Shown one piece after another: positions 14,119-28,170 of a DNA stretch of 64,000 nucleotides. A model generated the notes under the pieces. It saw only the letters and a list, made by a program, of their open reading frames with translations. It had not been told where the DNA came from and searched no databases. Numbering within the stretch: the stretch's first letter is position 1; every line of letters begins with the position of its first letter. This DNA is from Azolla caroliniana (lineage: Eukaryota; Plantae; Polypodiophyta): the NCBI GenBank assembly GCA_043228905.1, contig JBHGNT010000018.1:4464001-4528000 (forward strand), in the 5' to 3' direction. The position numbers and the translations under genes are program-made.

Positions 14119-14842
14119 CTGGAAGCAAAGATAAATCCAAAGTTTAGAATGATGAAGAAATTCGATGTGAGGAATATGATATTATAATTGCTGGATACTG
14201 AAAATACCCAAGAATTGCTGAATATGCAGTGAGAATACAAATTACAATTCAAATTTCCATACTACTACACGGTTGTTGAAAATCCAACTACTCTATCAAG
14301 TATATACATATGTATAAGCAAGTCAAGTTGTAACACAATAGCCTAACCATTTGGCAAACTATAATCCAAGATGCATCTATGAATCATGGTCTAATGGTTT
14401 CCTTACGAAAGTTTCAATTGAAGTATGATAAAAATGTGGCGATTTAGGGTTACACAAAAAAATGATGAATCATGGTGCAGTTGACTCAGATGCAATAACT
14501 TGTATAGATTGGCTACTATTTGTTTATGCATGGCACCAATGGAAGACTTGAATAACATAAAGCAAAACCTGACAAGGAAACAAAATGTATAGTAATGTAT
14601 TGGAAAGGCCAATTTGACCTACCAGACCAAAAAGTTGAACAGTACATATCCATGTGAAACTTATAGAATGCCTAGTAATGTAAGTACATACAGAGAGAGA
14701 GAAAGAGAGAGAGAAGAAATATTTGTGTGCAGTATAATAAATCAGTAACATCGGATACAAAGCCAAGAGACCTCAAGCCACAGTTGCCCACAATTAATGA
14801 GTCAAGCCGAACACCTACAGACAACATTCTAGCCTGCCAGAT

Positions 14843-14878
<36 letters not shown>

Positions 14879-16171
14879 GGAGATTCAAGAAAGAAAGAAA
14901 ATAAATCATAAAGAAAGTCAACGAAAAATTAACTAAATATAAGCACTATAAAATATTTTGTGCGCCAAAGCCTCACTTGAGAGAAGAAAAAGTTGTATCA
15001 AAGTCTTTTCACTGAAAAAATGGGAAGTAGATTTGAATTTCCCCAAGTGCAGCTAAACTTCCCAAATCAGATTTAAAAAGCTAGGTAAAATTCAATAACA
15101 TTCTTAGCTACCTCTTCCTTTTCTACCTCATCACTCAAATCATGGGCATCATCAGTCTGCAGAAATCTGGTGATCCAATGTTCTGCAGAATGATGTTTTC
15201 CAAACTGAAAGATGCATGGAAAGCAAAGTTTGAATAAGTTGAATCCCCTCTACCACACAGATATTTCCATTTTATGCATAGAATCATAGTTTACGTGACC
15301 AAAGTGAGCATGTCTTCTGGTAGAAGATAAACCAACTTATGATAGTAATGTTGTTAATTTGTAGAGAAAAATATATTTCATGCCGTGAGCCAAAACAGCA
15401 CTAGAGGCAGCATTGGAGATGATAACTTTGCCACAATATAATTCAGCGCCCTCAGAGTCTAGGTCAGAGACAACAAATTGAAAGGGAAATTCAGCACAAG
15501 GACGGTTTGACAGACTGTAGGTTATTATCCTCAGACAAATGAAATATCAAAATGCACCCAAACCCAATAACTCTGATATGAACCTGATTTCATCACATTT
15601 TTTGCGGCTTATAAATTCGAGCAACATTACTAAAAATATATGCTGGAAAGCTGTTTACTTTTCCCAGTCTTTTGAGTATATAATAGAACTTTCCTGAACT
15701 CAAAAACATGGAAGGAAGAAAAAGAAACCTGCTGTTTTTCAGTGCTCAAAAAGACAAATTTACTGTATTTTGTTCTTCAGTCAATAAAGCCCAAAGAGCT
15801 TAGGAAATAAGTGGTCCGAATTCTTAAATTTCGTTTGTTTACAATGTAATAACTACTGTGCATAGCCCCACTTCTGAAACCCTAATTTAAGCTACAAAAA
15901 AAACGGACCGACTTCTTAGCTATAGCAAATTCGAGGTAAAGAGAAGCATTTTAACAAACCCAAAACCGTCTGAAAAAAGAAGAAGGAGGAGGAGGAGGAG
16001 GAGCTTCTATCTTATTTCTTTTGCATTAATTCTCAACAAAGCACAGACAGACAAACACCCAGAGAGGCAGAGAGCTCCATAAAGAAAACTATATGGCAGA
16101 GACAAAGAGAATGCGGGAAAAGGGAAGCAAATTCATGGAGAGAGAGAAAAAAGGGGTGTGGGGGGAGTTAC
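14119..16171 (-). other. Putative ~2-kb 5'UTR intron of the BPC gene
   Basis: Minus-strand donor GCAG|GTAA at 16172/16171 and pyrimidine-rich acceptor ctttgcttccAG ending at 14119, 98 nt above the ATG. Internal leader exons cannot be excluded. Confidence 0.45.
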
Positions 16172-16218
16172 CTGCAAAAGATTTGTCTGCAATAGCCTGA
16201 GATCTGCAAACACAAAAC

Positions 16219-16287
16219 CTTAAGAGAATGCCCACAAAACATATACACACACAGAAAGAGAGAGAGAGAGAGAGTCTCAGAGAGGCA

Positions 16288-16347
<60 letters not shown>

Positions 16348-16422
16348 TGTTCCTTTTTCAATGTGGTCTTTCTTCTTCTTCTTCTTCTTCTTCTTCTTAA
16401 GAGAATGCCCACAAACACAAGG

Positions 16423-16455
<33 letters not shown>

Positions 16456-16875
16456 AGTGTTTCTCCCCTGTATTGTATTGTATTGTATGTACCCTTGTGT
16501 CTGTCCAGACACTAGACCCTTTCAATGTGGTCTTTCTTCTTATTGCATACATGTTTATTTATTTTCACACAAGGGTGGGTATCTCTCGAAAGAAAGCCTG
16601 CGCTTCTTTCCGCCTCCTCCTCCTGATGATCACCCCGATCGACCGCATACATACATACATACATACATACATACATACATACATACATACAGAGACATAC
16701 ATTCAAATCTCGTACATTCATTGAATCATCGAATCACATGCATTGAAATCATGTACATACATTCAATCATTGAATCGCATCATTGAATCACCACCAGCAA
16801 TAGCAGCAACAATAGTAGTAATAGCAATAGTAGTAGTAGTTATAGTAGTAGTTATAGTAGTAGTACTAGTAGTAC
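16219..16875. repeat. Compound microsatellite region at the presumed BPC 5' end: (GA), (GT), (CTT), (TTTC), (TACA), (TAG)
   Basis: Directly visible. Confidence 0.92.
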
Positions 16876-19005
16876 AAATGCTCAAAAGAAATGAGGTATA
16901 AATTTGTTCTCTCAAAGGGATGTGTCAGCATGTATGCGCTACCGAATTAGAATGGGCCTCACACTAGTGTCCTGTGATAAAGATAGTAGATGCGGTGTGT
17001 TACCCACCAAAGGATCGAGCGTAACACTCCTGAGCATAAAATGGTCACACCTTTGCGCATTGTGAAAACGATTGTTAACTATTATATCTATGTTGTGGGT
17101 ATAAAACATTAGTAGCCACCTTGAATGCCAAGTAGGCCTTGCTATCGTATGATTTGCGAGGTTTATCTGTGCATGATATGCATGTTCGAGGGGCACATAG
17201 AGAGTCTAATCCTCTATGGTCTATCACATGCTACAATAGCATATGATTTCACATTATTATAACAACTTGTGTCAACACAGAGTGTATATTTTCAAGTAAT
17301 AAAAGGACGATAGCACACTTTTCTACGAAATTGAAAAGTGGACTCGAGAATCAACGGAGTGATACATGTGTAACTGTTCATCACTGGTATGATCGTTCTT
17401 CTTTCACTCACATATTATACCACAAGCATTTATGTAGGGACCACAAAAGGATAACATGTTCAGATCATGGATGATTTCGTTTTCTAAACATTCCTTGACA
17501 AATTAAAGAGTGGTCCCTCCTCGTTAGTTATCCTGTACAATTGAGTTTTGGTTACTTAAGATGTCTAATATAAGCATACAATTGGCATGCCATGGAATTA
17601 AAATAATAACAAATGGATGGGCATATGCATTATTAAGGCTTGTTTTGCGTGGTTGAATCACATGGATAGTAATATTAGGGATGGACAGTTGTGAAGGTTG
17701 AAATAGTCAACATTAACCCACTTTTCCTAAGGTATATATATTAGGTGAAGGGTGTATAGATCAAGATACAATACTACTAGAAAGAAAGAAAGAAAGATAT
17801 ATTAACATCTTCTAGAGAGAGAGAGAGAGAGAAAACTATCAAGTGTCCATCACACAAAGTTGAAGAGTAGTAGAATTTGAATCTATAACTATACATGGCA
17901 TTGGATGGGAATGGGAATTTGATTACTATTGCATCCAAAAAGAGGTGATTGGTGCATTGCAATGAGTTGCGGATGGAAAGGTCCAACCCCCAATACATTC
18001 CATTATCATCAATTTCGTTACCATCCACCCCATTGACAAAAGCAGTGACAAAACTCGCTGAGGTCAAACTTCACCCTTCCATCTTCTCACACTGCCTTCG
18101 AACATACTACTTCAGAACCATCATTGTAACCGATATCTTCCCCAATCTAAGGTGAGGATGCAAAGACTTTTTACCTAGCATCCATGCTACGCGACGTGAA
18201 AGTGCACAAGCCACACTTTCCAACAATCACATGTCTCATTTAAACGTCATGGGGGCATGGCAACACACACTTTTCTTGTTGATATGGTTGGAGCATCACC
18301 ACAACTTAGAGACATGATAATGGAGGCCATATGTCGGCACAAGGATGTGGATGCATCAAGTTACATGCCAAATGTTGCAGTTTGGGGCACAACTTGATGT
18401 GCTTGGCAATTACGCCCAACTCATCAACATTGATTCTGTGGCAGTTGGTCGTGAAGGTGTATCCTCGTCTTGGATTTAATGAGGTGTTCGCGGACACTCT
18501 TGTGGATGAGGCCCATGTGCAACATTTTTGCACTAGTGTGTTGGTCCTTTTTGCCTGATAGTGTTCAACATTAAATTTGCCACAACACTCTGATGAAGGC
18601 ATTTGACCAATGGGAATAGTTGGTATCTCATCCCAATATCTCCCATAAATGGATAAGTTTGTTCTAGACAGTACCCTCCCACTCGAGAACAACATAGAGA
18701 CATAGTCATATTTCTTGTACGGAAAGTTAGGAATTCTCGACTTTTAGAACATAATGTTCGAATTTGCTTTAATTTCCTTGTTCGGATATCTATGTAACGA
18801 CAAATGCCTTTTGATGCGAGCGTTGTTTGTCTCGTGACTCGTCTTCTTTAAAATGTGAAGTACAAGTTTCCCTCATTAAGTAAAATTTAAAATGAAAAGT
18901 TTTCTCAATTAATGTGCACACCACAAATAATAGACTCTTCGTAGACATGACATCCTCTAAAAATAATGGTAGCAAATCTAAGGTACCCTCTACACACACA
19001 CAAGC

Positions 19006-19207
19006 TTAGGGGAGATGTGAAGTCTCACGTTTCACACATTATACTATATTATATTACACTAATGTACAAACAAGGTGCCTTTCATGCGTAGGTGCTAAGA
19101 ATTAGTGAGAACCATCTTTGATTGATTTCATTAGAAGTTAGAACACAGACAAGCAAATATTTTCTCTTTGATCTCTTGAATGATTTTAGAATTGATTGAT
19201 TTAACAT
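19006..19207 (+). mobile_element. Possible Ty1/copia PPT plus degenerate LTR remnant
   Basis: AGCTTAGGGGAGA|TGTGAAG at 19016 resembles a copia PPT/LTR junction; candidate end ...TTTAACA at 19207. No coding support. Confidence 0.3.
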
Positions 19208-19769
19208 CGGTGAAGGGTTCTTCTCTCGTTTCATCCAGGAGGTTACATAATGACTTTTGGCTGAATCAAAATTTTAGAAAACCGGCATTCAAGAATAATG
19301 TATGCATATGATAAATTTGTGAAGCTACATAAACCTTGATTTTTTATTTCTTGGAGTAATTCATATACGTAAACAAGCCATTCATATGAGGAAAAAGAAG
19401 AAGAAGAAATTGATTAGCAGGTGTTGTCTTGTTTGACTGAGGTCGAGACGAAATTTTCATACGTATCCACGTCATGATCCTAGATATTATTGGATTAAGT
19501 TTTTTTTATACTGAAGCAAGCGACAATGGGTAATGGTGAGTAGGCATTGACTAGAGCTCAAAAGCACACTTGACCTAAAGAAAAATAGCAATAAAGAAAT
19601 GTTTGCTTTATATATGTTAATATATACACTATGTATCACAAGGGTATATTAATGTATTACTTTTGAAATAAAAGTGGCCTTAGTCAAAATCGAACCAGGG
19701 TGGACAGGGGGCACCAGATTTCATATCTGCTGCCTCAACCAATCAGCCCATAACGAGTTATTAAATTTG

Positions 19770-20295
19770 TATCTAAATAATTCTATTTACTCTATGTTGT
19801 CATTGTTTAATTTGTTGTTTCATTGATTTCTTCATTCATTGGGCTGTACCTCCATTCACTTTTCTTAAGCAATTTATGGTCTCTATTGAGAAAGGCTTCT
19901 AGCTGTCGGTATTAAATTCAAGCTTCGTCTCTTGCCTTTGTATGAGGAAAGGGATATTAGCAAATCCACTTATATTTTATCAATCTATTTACTCTTTTTG
20001 CTCATTGATTAATTTGTTGTTTCATTGATTTCTTCATTCATTGGCCCATTTTTGTTCTTCTATTGAGGTTTTTGTCCCATCCATCATTTGAAACTGGGGA
20101 TGCTACTTTTGCGATTTTGTTCGTAACATTTCGGCGATCACTTGAAAACAATAAATTAAATTCCTATACGTATTCTTCTATTGAGGTTTTTGTCCCATCC
20201 ATCATTTGAAAATGAGGATGCTATTTTTACAATTTTGTTCATAACGTTTCGGAGATCACTTGAAAACAATAAATTATTTATTAAATTCCTATACT
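19770..20295. repeat. Two adjacent local duplications (~70 bp at ~19772/19984; ~110 bp at ~20055/20173)
   Basis: AATTTGTTGTTTCATTGATTTCTTCATTCATTGG occurs twice; TTCTTCTATTGAGGTTTTTGTCCCATCCATCATTTGAAA occurs twice. Confidence 0.85.
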
Positions 20296-21153
20296 TATTT
20301 ATTAGTCCACTCCTCCATTAACTTAATTGGAGGAAGTGTAACATGCATGCATTGAACACCCAGTTCATGTGCGTGTAGATTCAAATTACCGTAATACCCC
20401 TATGTAACAACATGAATAGGTAACTAATTTCACCAGGACACCCCCACATCTTATGGACCATATGAAAATAAGTTCTTCATGAATAAACGTACTTAATGAA
20501 GTGCTTAACCATCAAAGAAACACCACACAGAGTGGGTTGTCAAACACAACTTCCATATTATTTGTTGCCCATAGGGGTAGGGAGTAACATTATTCGCATT
20601 CATACATGTTATTGCAAGACATAATAAATGTATAACTAAACAATCCTAAAAACAATGACCATTGCCATCGAAGCAATCACAACCATATATGAATACTTGC
20701 ACAATAAATAATCTTATCTTGTCCTTGGTGAGGTTTATGCTCATTATTGGAATGAAGTATGAATAGGTCAAGAGACCACAAAAAAATTCATGGATTAATC
20801 TCATCAAAACTTCGCATAATGAAGAGTGTGGAACTTCACATGAAGGTTTTCTTGGGTCACAAGTTAATGACACAATAAATTCCTCCTTTTTTAAATGAAC
20901 AAACCCGAATACATAAGTTCTACTTATTTTTCAAATGTTACAAGAGGCCCAACCTCAAGCCTAGTCCAAATGATTGAATCAACAGAAGTTGTATTTTTTT
21001 TATGCGCAATAACGTGCATGATTTGAAAGAATTGGTCCGGGATCTTCCAAGAAACCAATAAATATCTGAATTTGTACATCCGAAACAAATCAAACGGCGC
21101 CGGAGAATGCTTCAAAAGGCTTACAAATTGTTGGTATGGATACATCAAGGCTT

Positions 21154-24100
21154 TTAACCAGCATTGTGTCTACGGAGTGTATCCAGAAGCAAAGGAGGGG
21201 CATAAAGTGGTGTTCCGTTATGCTCCTCGGCATCTTCACAAAAGGAGAGAATTATTGTATCGATGGCCATTTCCACGACTGCAAAGAACAAGGATGCCAC
21301 AATGTATCCTGTGGCCCAGCAAAACTGCAATAAACAAACAATATATATATATATAAGACATTTGATAGAGTTTAGTTCAAATATACACCTCCATGAATGT
21401 AGCCTATCATCAATTTAGTCCAAGTCTCAGTGTCAATCTCCATGTCGATGTCGATGTCAGTTTAACGAGATTATGATGAGAGAAAGAGCGGAAAAAGAAC
21501 CCAATTGGATGTGGTTCAGTTGGTTGGCCATGTTGCTATTTACCCATGCTCCAGGATTCAAATCCCAAACATTCTACTAATTTATTTAGACGTGACTGCG
21601 AAATTATCGGGGGATGAATGCATGAACCTTCAGGTATCTGTCTGACAACTTATTTAGTTTGATACACTGATGTGGCGGTGTAATTTAGGACAACCGAAAC
21701 AGAACGTTAAGGATTTGTACCCATGGCCTTGTATTGATAGCATTAATAACTTGCAACTAGGTTAAGCCCATTACAATAAAAGAGAAAAGAGAGAGATCGA
21801 GATTTACCAAGACAGGAAATAGTGGAGATGATACTTTGCTCTGTCCGGATTTGTACTTGGATGTTTCGAGCATGAGGAATGCAAAGAGTGCTGATGCAAG
21901 GCCAACACAAATTTTGCCAAGCACTGCAATAACATTTCCAATCACATTCACTGTTCCTATCGTCAGTAAGTTGTTGAGTATTAGGCTGGTAGCCTTCACC
22001 GCAGCTCCACAAAAGCCTTTACCTGTAATTGCAATCTGAAAAACACAAGATTATCTCTATATAGTAAAAGATTAGGAAGGCACAATAGGAAAATGGAAAA
22101 TAGCCGAACGAAACTCCAACCTTACCACTATATAAGCATTTCTATTGATAAATTTGATGGTCCATTCAACACAACCAACACAACATTGTGTACAACACCA
22201 ACATGCCGTTATAATGCAACCTCCTGGAGCTGCCTCTAATGCTTTCAGCTTGTTTCGGATACTCTCAAGAATGAACCTGATGGTCTCAATAATTGCAACT
22301 ACTAAGGATCCCAATGCCATCGACCCAAGGCTATACCTTAACATCCGTTTTCCAGATGAGAGCACAGGAAACAGCGGCATGGACTGCCAATTCACCAAAT
22401 AGGATTATACTACTGACAAAAACATATATTCTTGGGCAATTAATTGAAATACTGCTCAAGAATATATTAGCATCACATACTCTGAACCAGCATTTCAATT
22501 ATTTCTTAAGTACCCCCATTGAAAAAACTCAACAAATTGCCAAAATGAAACAAATATTGGAAACAAGGTTCAAATTTCCAGAACTTAATTAATTTGATTA
22601 CAAAGAAAACAAAAGTGCTTCACATTGGTTATTTATTAACTTTTGAAAATTCTGACTCAATATATATAAGATGAAGATAGTTAATACAATATTATGGAAA
22701 GGATATTATGTCATATTGTATCAAAAAGGAATTATATTTCCTAAAGAGGGGTTTTGATCATGAATTTCTCTTTCGAACTTTATCAAAATCTAACTAATTT
22801 CATGGCATTTATAGGGCGATTTTGGTGACATTTCAAGAAGTGGTGTTAAGCTAGATTTTCATTATGAGCTAACTTAGAAAATTATCATTTCTTGAGAAAA
22901 GGAGCACAAAGATTACTCACAGAAGTGTGTCCTTGAGCCCAGTAATAAGAAGCAACTGCACCTGCAATTGTCGTCAATGAGCATGCTATGATGAATTGTG
23001 TTGTCCAGAAGCATCCAACCACATGGTATAAAAGAGCCAAAGCAATGTGCTTGGTAAACTTAAAATCATATCCACAACATCCATCACATTTTAGGGTTTG
23101 GGAAGCTAAGTCATATGCACAACAACCACCACTACAATCATTTTTCTTCACGGATCCAGCACTGAATATGTATAAGCCAGTGATGACCCAGTAGATGTAA
23201 AATACTGTGAGTATCGCAAGTGGAATCAATGGAAAAACAAGAAGGCTAGGCATAGCAGCGATAGCCTTTGCTGAAACCTATACAACAATACAATACAAAA
23301 AAAAAAGCTCTTTTATTTTTTTTCATATTTGAAAGGAAATCTTTGTACTAATTGATTTATGTGTCATCTATGATTCCTGTTGCTGAATATATTGACAGCA
23401 CATCTCTCTACCTTTATTACAGCAATAGCGACAACTATCCGCTTTATAAGAATGATTGTCGAAATGACAATAATGACAAGAATAACTGTCATGACAACTG
23501 CAACTGCTTTCAAGTGATTTTGCTCCTACAAAATATACAAAATAAACCAAGTCAGAATTATGTACAGCAAAAATAATCGAAAGGTCATATGCATGTGCGT
23601 GTGTGTGCATGCAATTAAGAACAATAATGGGCATGCTTTTGTGAGAGAAAAAAAGGCATTAACTGCTCATCATGAACTTTTGAACCACTTAGACTCCTAT
23701 ACATGAGAACATTTAGGTTGTGATATATGTAGTTTAAATTGTATCTCCCTTATATCATAATTTCCCCTCATCTTCAAGATATAAGAAAAATAACTCACTT
23801 CAAAACATTGATTCAAGTTATGCCACTATTTGTATTTGTTAATGATTTTGATGGGCAGAAAAAATAATGGTAATAATAACTAAAAGTCTGATCTTACCTG
23901 GATTTATTTGAGCAATATTAGTGAAAATTTGAGGAATTTGCAGTTACATGAGATAAGTGCATTGCTTTATTGAGGCCACAGTTTATTTTGAAACTGCTTG
24001 ATTACATTGGTCACAAACAACTTACTTATGAGAAACAACTATATGAAAATGTGCATGTCGCAAGTTCAGGAGAAAATGATCATGCAGTATAAATTATTTA

Positions 24101-27100
24101 CACTTGATGAAGCATCCAAAACATCCGCAACTTGATCACCAACAACAGCAGATACAGCATCATGTCCTATCCATCCAGCTGTCACGGGACAGGGTACAAT
24201 TTATTTTTGTTTTATTTTACCAGACTTCTATGAGATTCACATGAATGTAACTTTTGGGTTAATAGCTCTCTTTGCCTTTTGAAGACGTTAATATAACATT
24301 TTATTTCAGTTCAGTTTTCTATAATAACTCTCTTTGCCTTTTCAAGACATTAATATAACATTCTATTTTCAGTTCAGTTTTCTATCTCTCTTTTCTTATT
24401 AGGGCTTCAGAATGTAAGGGTTGAACATATAACTTTCTGATCCCCCAACCCCCTCCCATCAAGATCCAATTTTCCATGTACATACTTCAAGGTAACTCCC
24501 ATTCACTGTGAACGTACGATGCTAACCTGGCCATAGCCTCTAATATCTAATGTTCACCCATCTTAGCTCTAATAATTGTGTCAACACAGAGGTCATAACC
24601 GGAATCATCTTGGAAATCATGCATATGAGAGAACTATCCATCACAAGCCAGCTGCCATCTCCTATGGTGGTCAACCCATAAAGGAATCTTGATGTGATCT
24701 TACTATCTCGATGTAATATAATCCATAATTTAGTATGTGGATCCTGAAACTTTATTAGGAGCCGATAATCCTAAGGATGAGCACAAGCTCAAGCATGTAT
24801 GTTGTCTGATGTGCTCTCATTGGTCATTGGTCTCTTTTTGACAGAAGGGAAAGAGAGATAAATTCAAGATGCCAAATTACCTAGCACTCCATTTCCACAA
24901 CTTAGTCCCTGCTCACACTGATAAACACATAGCTCCCAAAAAACAAATGGAATTGAGGAGTATATGAAGTTAAATATGGTACTTGCAATTTGTAACTAAC
25001 TGCTCACTCACTTTCTGTCCCACTTTCTCACTAAGCATCTTTCATCATGTTAGACCACTGGGTAACAAGTAGATATATACTAAAGAATAATTAAAAGCCT
25101 TGCAAGAAAAAAGAATTCATGAAAAGAGAAAAAGCATGTACCTTTGATGTAAAAGAATACTGTGATTGCCAAGGCAAAGATATTCAAGAGAATAACAGTA
25201 ATCCATGTGACAAATCCAACAAAGAATCGAACAATAAGCAGCCACAACATTGACAGAATAAAGGGAGCAATTCCACCACAAACAACCAAAACTGGCCATG
25301 CTCTCCCCAAATCAGCTACATATCTCTGAAGATTGCCTTATGGGATTCAATTATTTCATAGGAGAGAGCATTTGAACGAAAAGCTGGTGAAATTTTTATA
25401 TCACAAAGAATTCACCTTTACAACCATTGCTGGGGCAGAAAACGCTTTCTGAAATGCTTTCACTAATGGATCTCCTTGATTTATTTTTACACCTCCGATG
25501 TTTTGCCAGTTTTTCAGTGCTACAGTCGATGCTGATGCAACAAACTGACAACTCCAGAGCACTGATATGACAGGAAAAAGTTAGAAAATTGCACATCCAC
25601 AATGACACGCAAGAGCTGACATTATTATATGCTGAATATAAGTAGAATGATAATAAGTATACACTACCTTAACATGAATAAACAAACAACGTGTATGATG
25701 CATGTATGATCCACACAAAACAAGCAGGAATAGCTTGACAAAAAACAAAATGGATTGTAGATCTCAACACGTATGAGGAACAAGTAAAAGGAAGCTACTC
25801 CAGTCTCACATGAATAAAACAATTGCGCATAGTGAATGTCCGTGCACAAAGAAAGCAAGCATAACTAACTACTGTTGTTTTCAAAGTAGATATCAACACC
25901 TATGCAATGCTACAAAAAATTAAAAAGTTGTATACTGAATGTCTGAGCACATCATCACCAACAGACAACGCAACTCTTGATTGCAAATCTGCATTATACG
26001 AATGCTGCAACTAGAGTTGATGATGTTTAGTACACTCAAGTTTTTCTTTTATTTCCACAGATGCTCCCATGTTTTTGTCATTTCTTCAATTTCCATCCAT
26101 CAACCCCCTGTCGAGCAGTTGTATGTGCTATTTGAGCAATATTAAGATCGATTCATCCCTTTTTCCCTCTTCTGAGTTGACTAAAGGCATCGAGGTGACG
26201 GAATAACAAAAACTTGGGAGTATTTGGGCAAACAAAGAAAATCTCTTGGAAATTTCTGGGTTGTTTCCCCAAAGAGTATTTACTTCAAGATTCCAACTTG
26301 AAATTTAAAAAATTAAAACAAGGGTGCATAATATATGTCCAAGGAGCACATAATCAAGAGGAAAGCTAACTCACTGTTAATGCTTTCGAAGACAACTGGG
26401 TAGCACGGTCCCTGTAAAAACAACGAGCTATTCTTTTGTGCATCTGACAAAAGGCTGAAATAGTCATAATTTTGAGTTTCCCATTGTTGCATTGTGAGTT
26501 GAATAGGACCCTCTGGATAGTCACATACCCATGTGAGAGAACCATTGGAAGGTGTCGGACATCCTTTCAAACATATGCTTCTGGCTTCTATGAGATTAAA
26601 AGGGCTTCCATCAAGAGCACTTACATCATAGACTTGATTGGGATTCTGCCAGTATCTCACATCAAGATTTTTCAAATCAGGACTTGCCTTATCGTCCCCG
26701 CATAGATTCCCTTTGTAATCTAAACCGTAAACAAGCCTATTTTAAACAAAGTATTAATATATCAAACTCGGTACAATGGTCCAACTTATTTGCAAAACTC
26801 ATTTCTTAATTATTGCAAACTAATCTTTGTAAGTTAAGGTTCGATTATGTGCTTCACCTTAGTTTCCATGTAATTATCAGGTGTGTGTGCATTGGCCAAG
26901 AATATAAGTGGGTGGTTTTAAAAATAAAGGGACTGAACTATTTGAAATTCTAATACATATAAACATAGTTCAAAAAATCTAAAATATATATAAGCATAAT
27001 TTAGTAATTTCCCCTTGATTGATATCTAATGGATTTGCTTCTTTTTTTTATTTTTACCTGCGTGGGTCACCTTTGTTCCAACCATAGCCTGAGTTGATGA

Positions 27101-27269
27101 TCATACCGATCCAAAAAGCAATGAAAGCGAAGAGGAACGGGAGGTTCCGGCACCGCCTCTTCTTCCCATTGTGATAGTCATTGATGCGAGATGTCATGCG
27201 ATCATGGGGGGGGGCTTCTACACTTAGCCCCCCAGCAGCACCCTTCTCCTCCTCATCTTTCTTCCCCAT
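21154..27269 (-). CDS. CTL1: Choline transporter-like protein 1 (CTL1/CHER1, SLC44 family), 10 exons, ~702 aa
   Basis: Exons (minus) 27269-27058, 26736-26375, 25561-25416, 25325-25142, 24178-24102, 23525-23412, 23277-22921, 22383-22126, 22035-21808, 21324-21154; GT-AG, 2109 nt. Motifs GDPRRLVYGLDYKGNLCG, RYSLGSMALGSL, NRNAYIVIAITGKGFC, VVEMAIDTIILSFCED. Confidence 0.95.
24265..24385. repeat. ~60-bp tandem duplication in CTL1 intron 4
   Basis: CTCTCTTTGCCTTTT.AAGAC.TTAATATAACATT...TTCAGTTCAGTTTTCTAT occurs twice. Confidence 0.85.
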
Positions 27270-27599
27270 CCCCTGTTATTGTTGAATATCTAAAATAAAC
27301 CTAATTCTCTTATGGATCCTTTTTCCTTCTTCTCATGTAATAACTTGTCAATGTAGATCCTCCTTCCTCCCTTCCTTCTTTGTGTTGTGTGTGTGTTCTT
27401 CACCTTCGTCTACATATAAGTACAAGACTCTGTTTAATTTAGCTCATGCTCTGCAACCCAAACAGATACATATTACAGATACAGTCTATACAGATACAGA
27501 TAAAGTAAATAAGGATTTGAACCCACGACCAGACCAGGCCGGACTAGCTTTATAATTTATTTGATATTATGCCCATTGCCCAATCCAAATCACCTCTAT

Positions 27600-27618
27600 C
27601 CATACACACATGCATACG

Positions 27619-27649
<31 letters not shown>

Positions 27650-28006
27650 CATACGTTACATATGTTACATACGTTACACACATACATACATACATACATA
27701 CATACATACATACATACATACATACATACATACATACGTTACATATGTTACATACATTCATACATACACACACACACGTACTTATGTACATACATACATC
27801 ATGTCAATGTCTCTACATACATACATACATACATACATACGTTACATATGTTACATACATTCATACATACACACACACACGTACTTATGTACATACATAC
27901 ATCATGTCAATGTCTCGTGGTTTCTGAGCATATCTATGCCCCTCCCCCCATCCTCGACACTCTATTGTCAAGGTTTTTCACACTTCATTTCTGGCTTAAT
28001 TATGTG

Positions 28007-28037
<31 letters not shown>

Positions 28038-28116
28038 GTGTATGTATGTATGTATGTATGTATGTATGTATGTATGTATGTATGTATGTATGTATGTATG
28101 TATGTATGTATGTATG

Positions 28117-28161
<45 letters not shown>

Positions 28162-28170
28162 AGGTATGTA
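27600..28170. repeat. Compound microsatellite block: (TACA)n with a duplicated ~103-bp higher-order unit, then oppositely oriented (TATG)n/(TG)n
   Basis: Directly visible; the unit ending CATCATGTCAATGTCTC occurs at ~27813 and ~27916. Confidence 0.92.

Noticed and set aside
16089-16786. Overlapping ORFs with poly-R/HT/CV/F
   Set aside because: Microsatellite artefacts.
16920-18700. Short ORFs suggesting a decayed transposase or gene
   Set aside because: No recognisable motif or consistent splice chain; probably old TE debris that needs a homology search.
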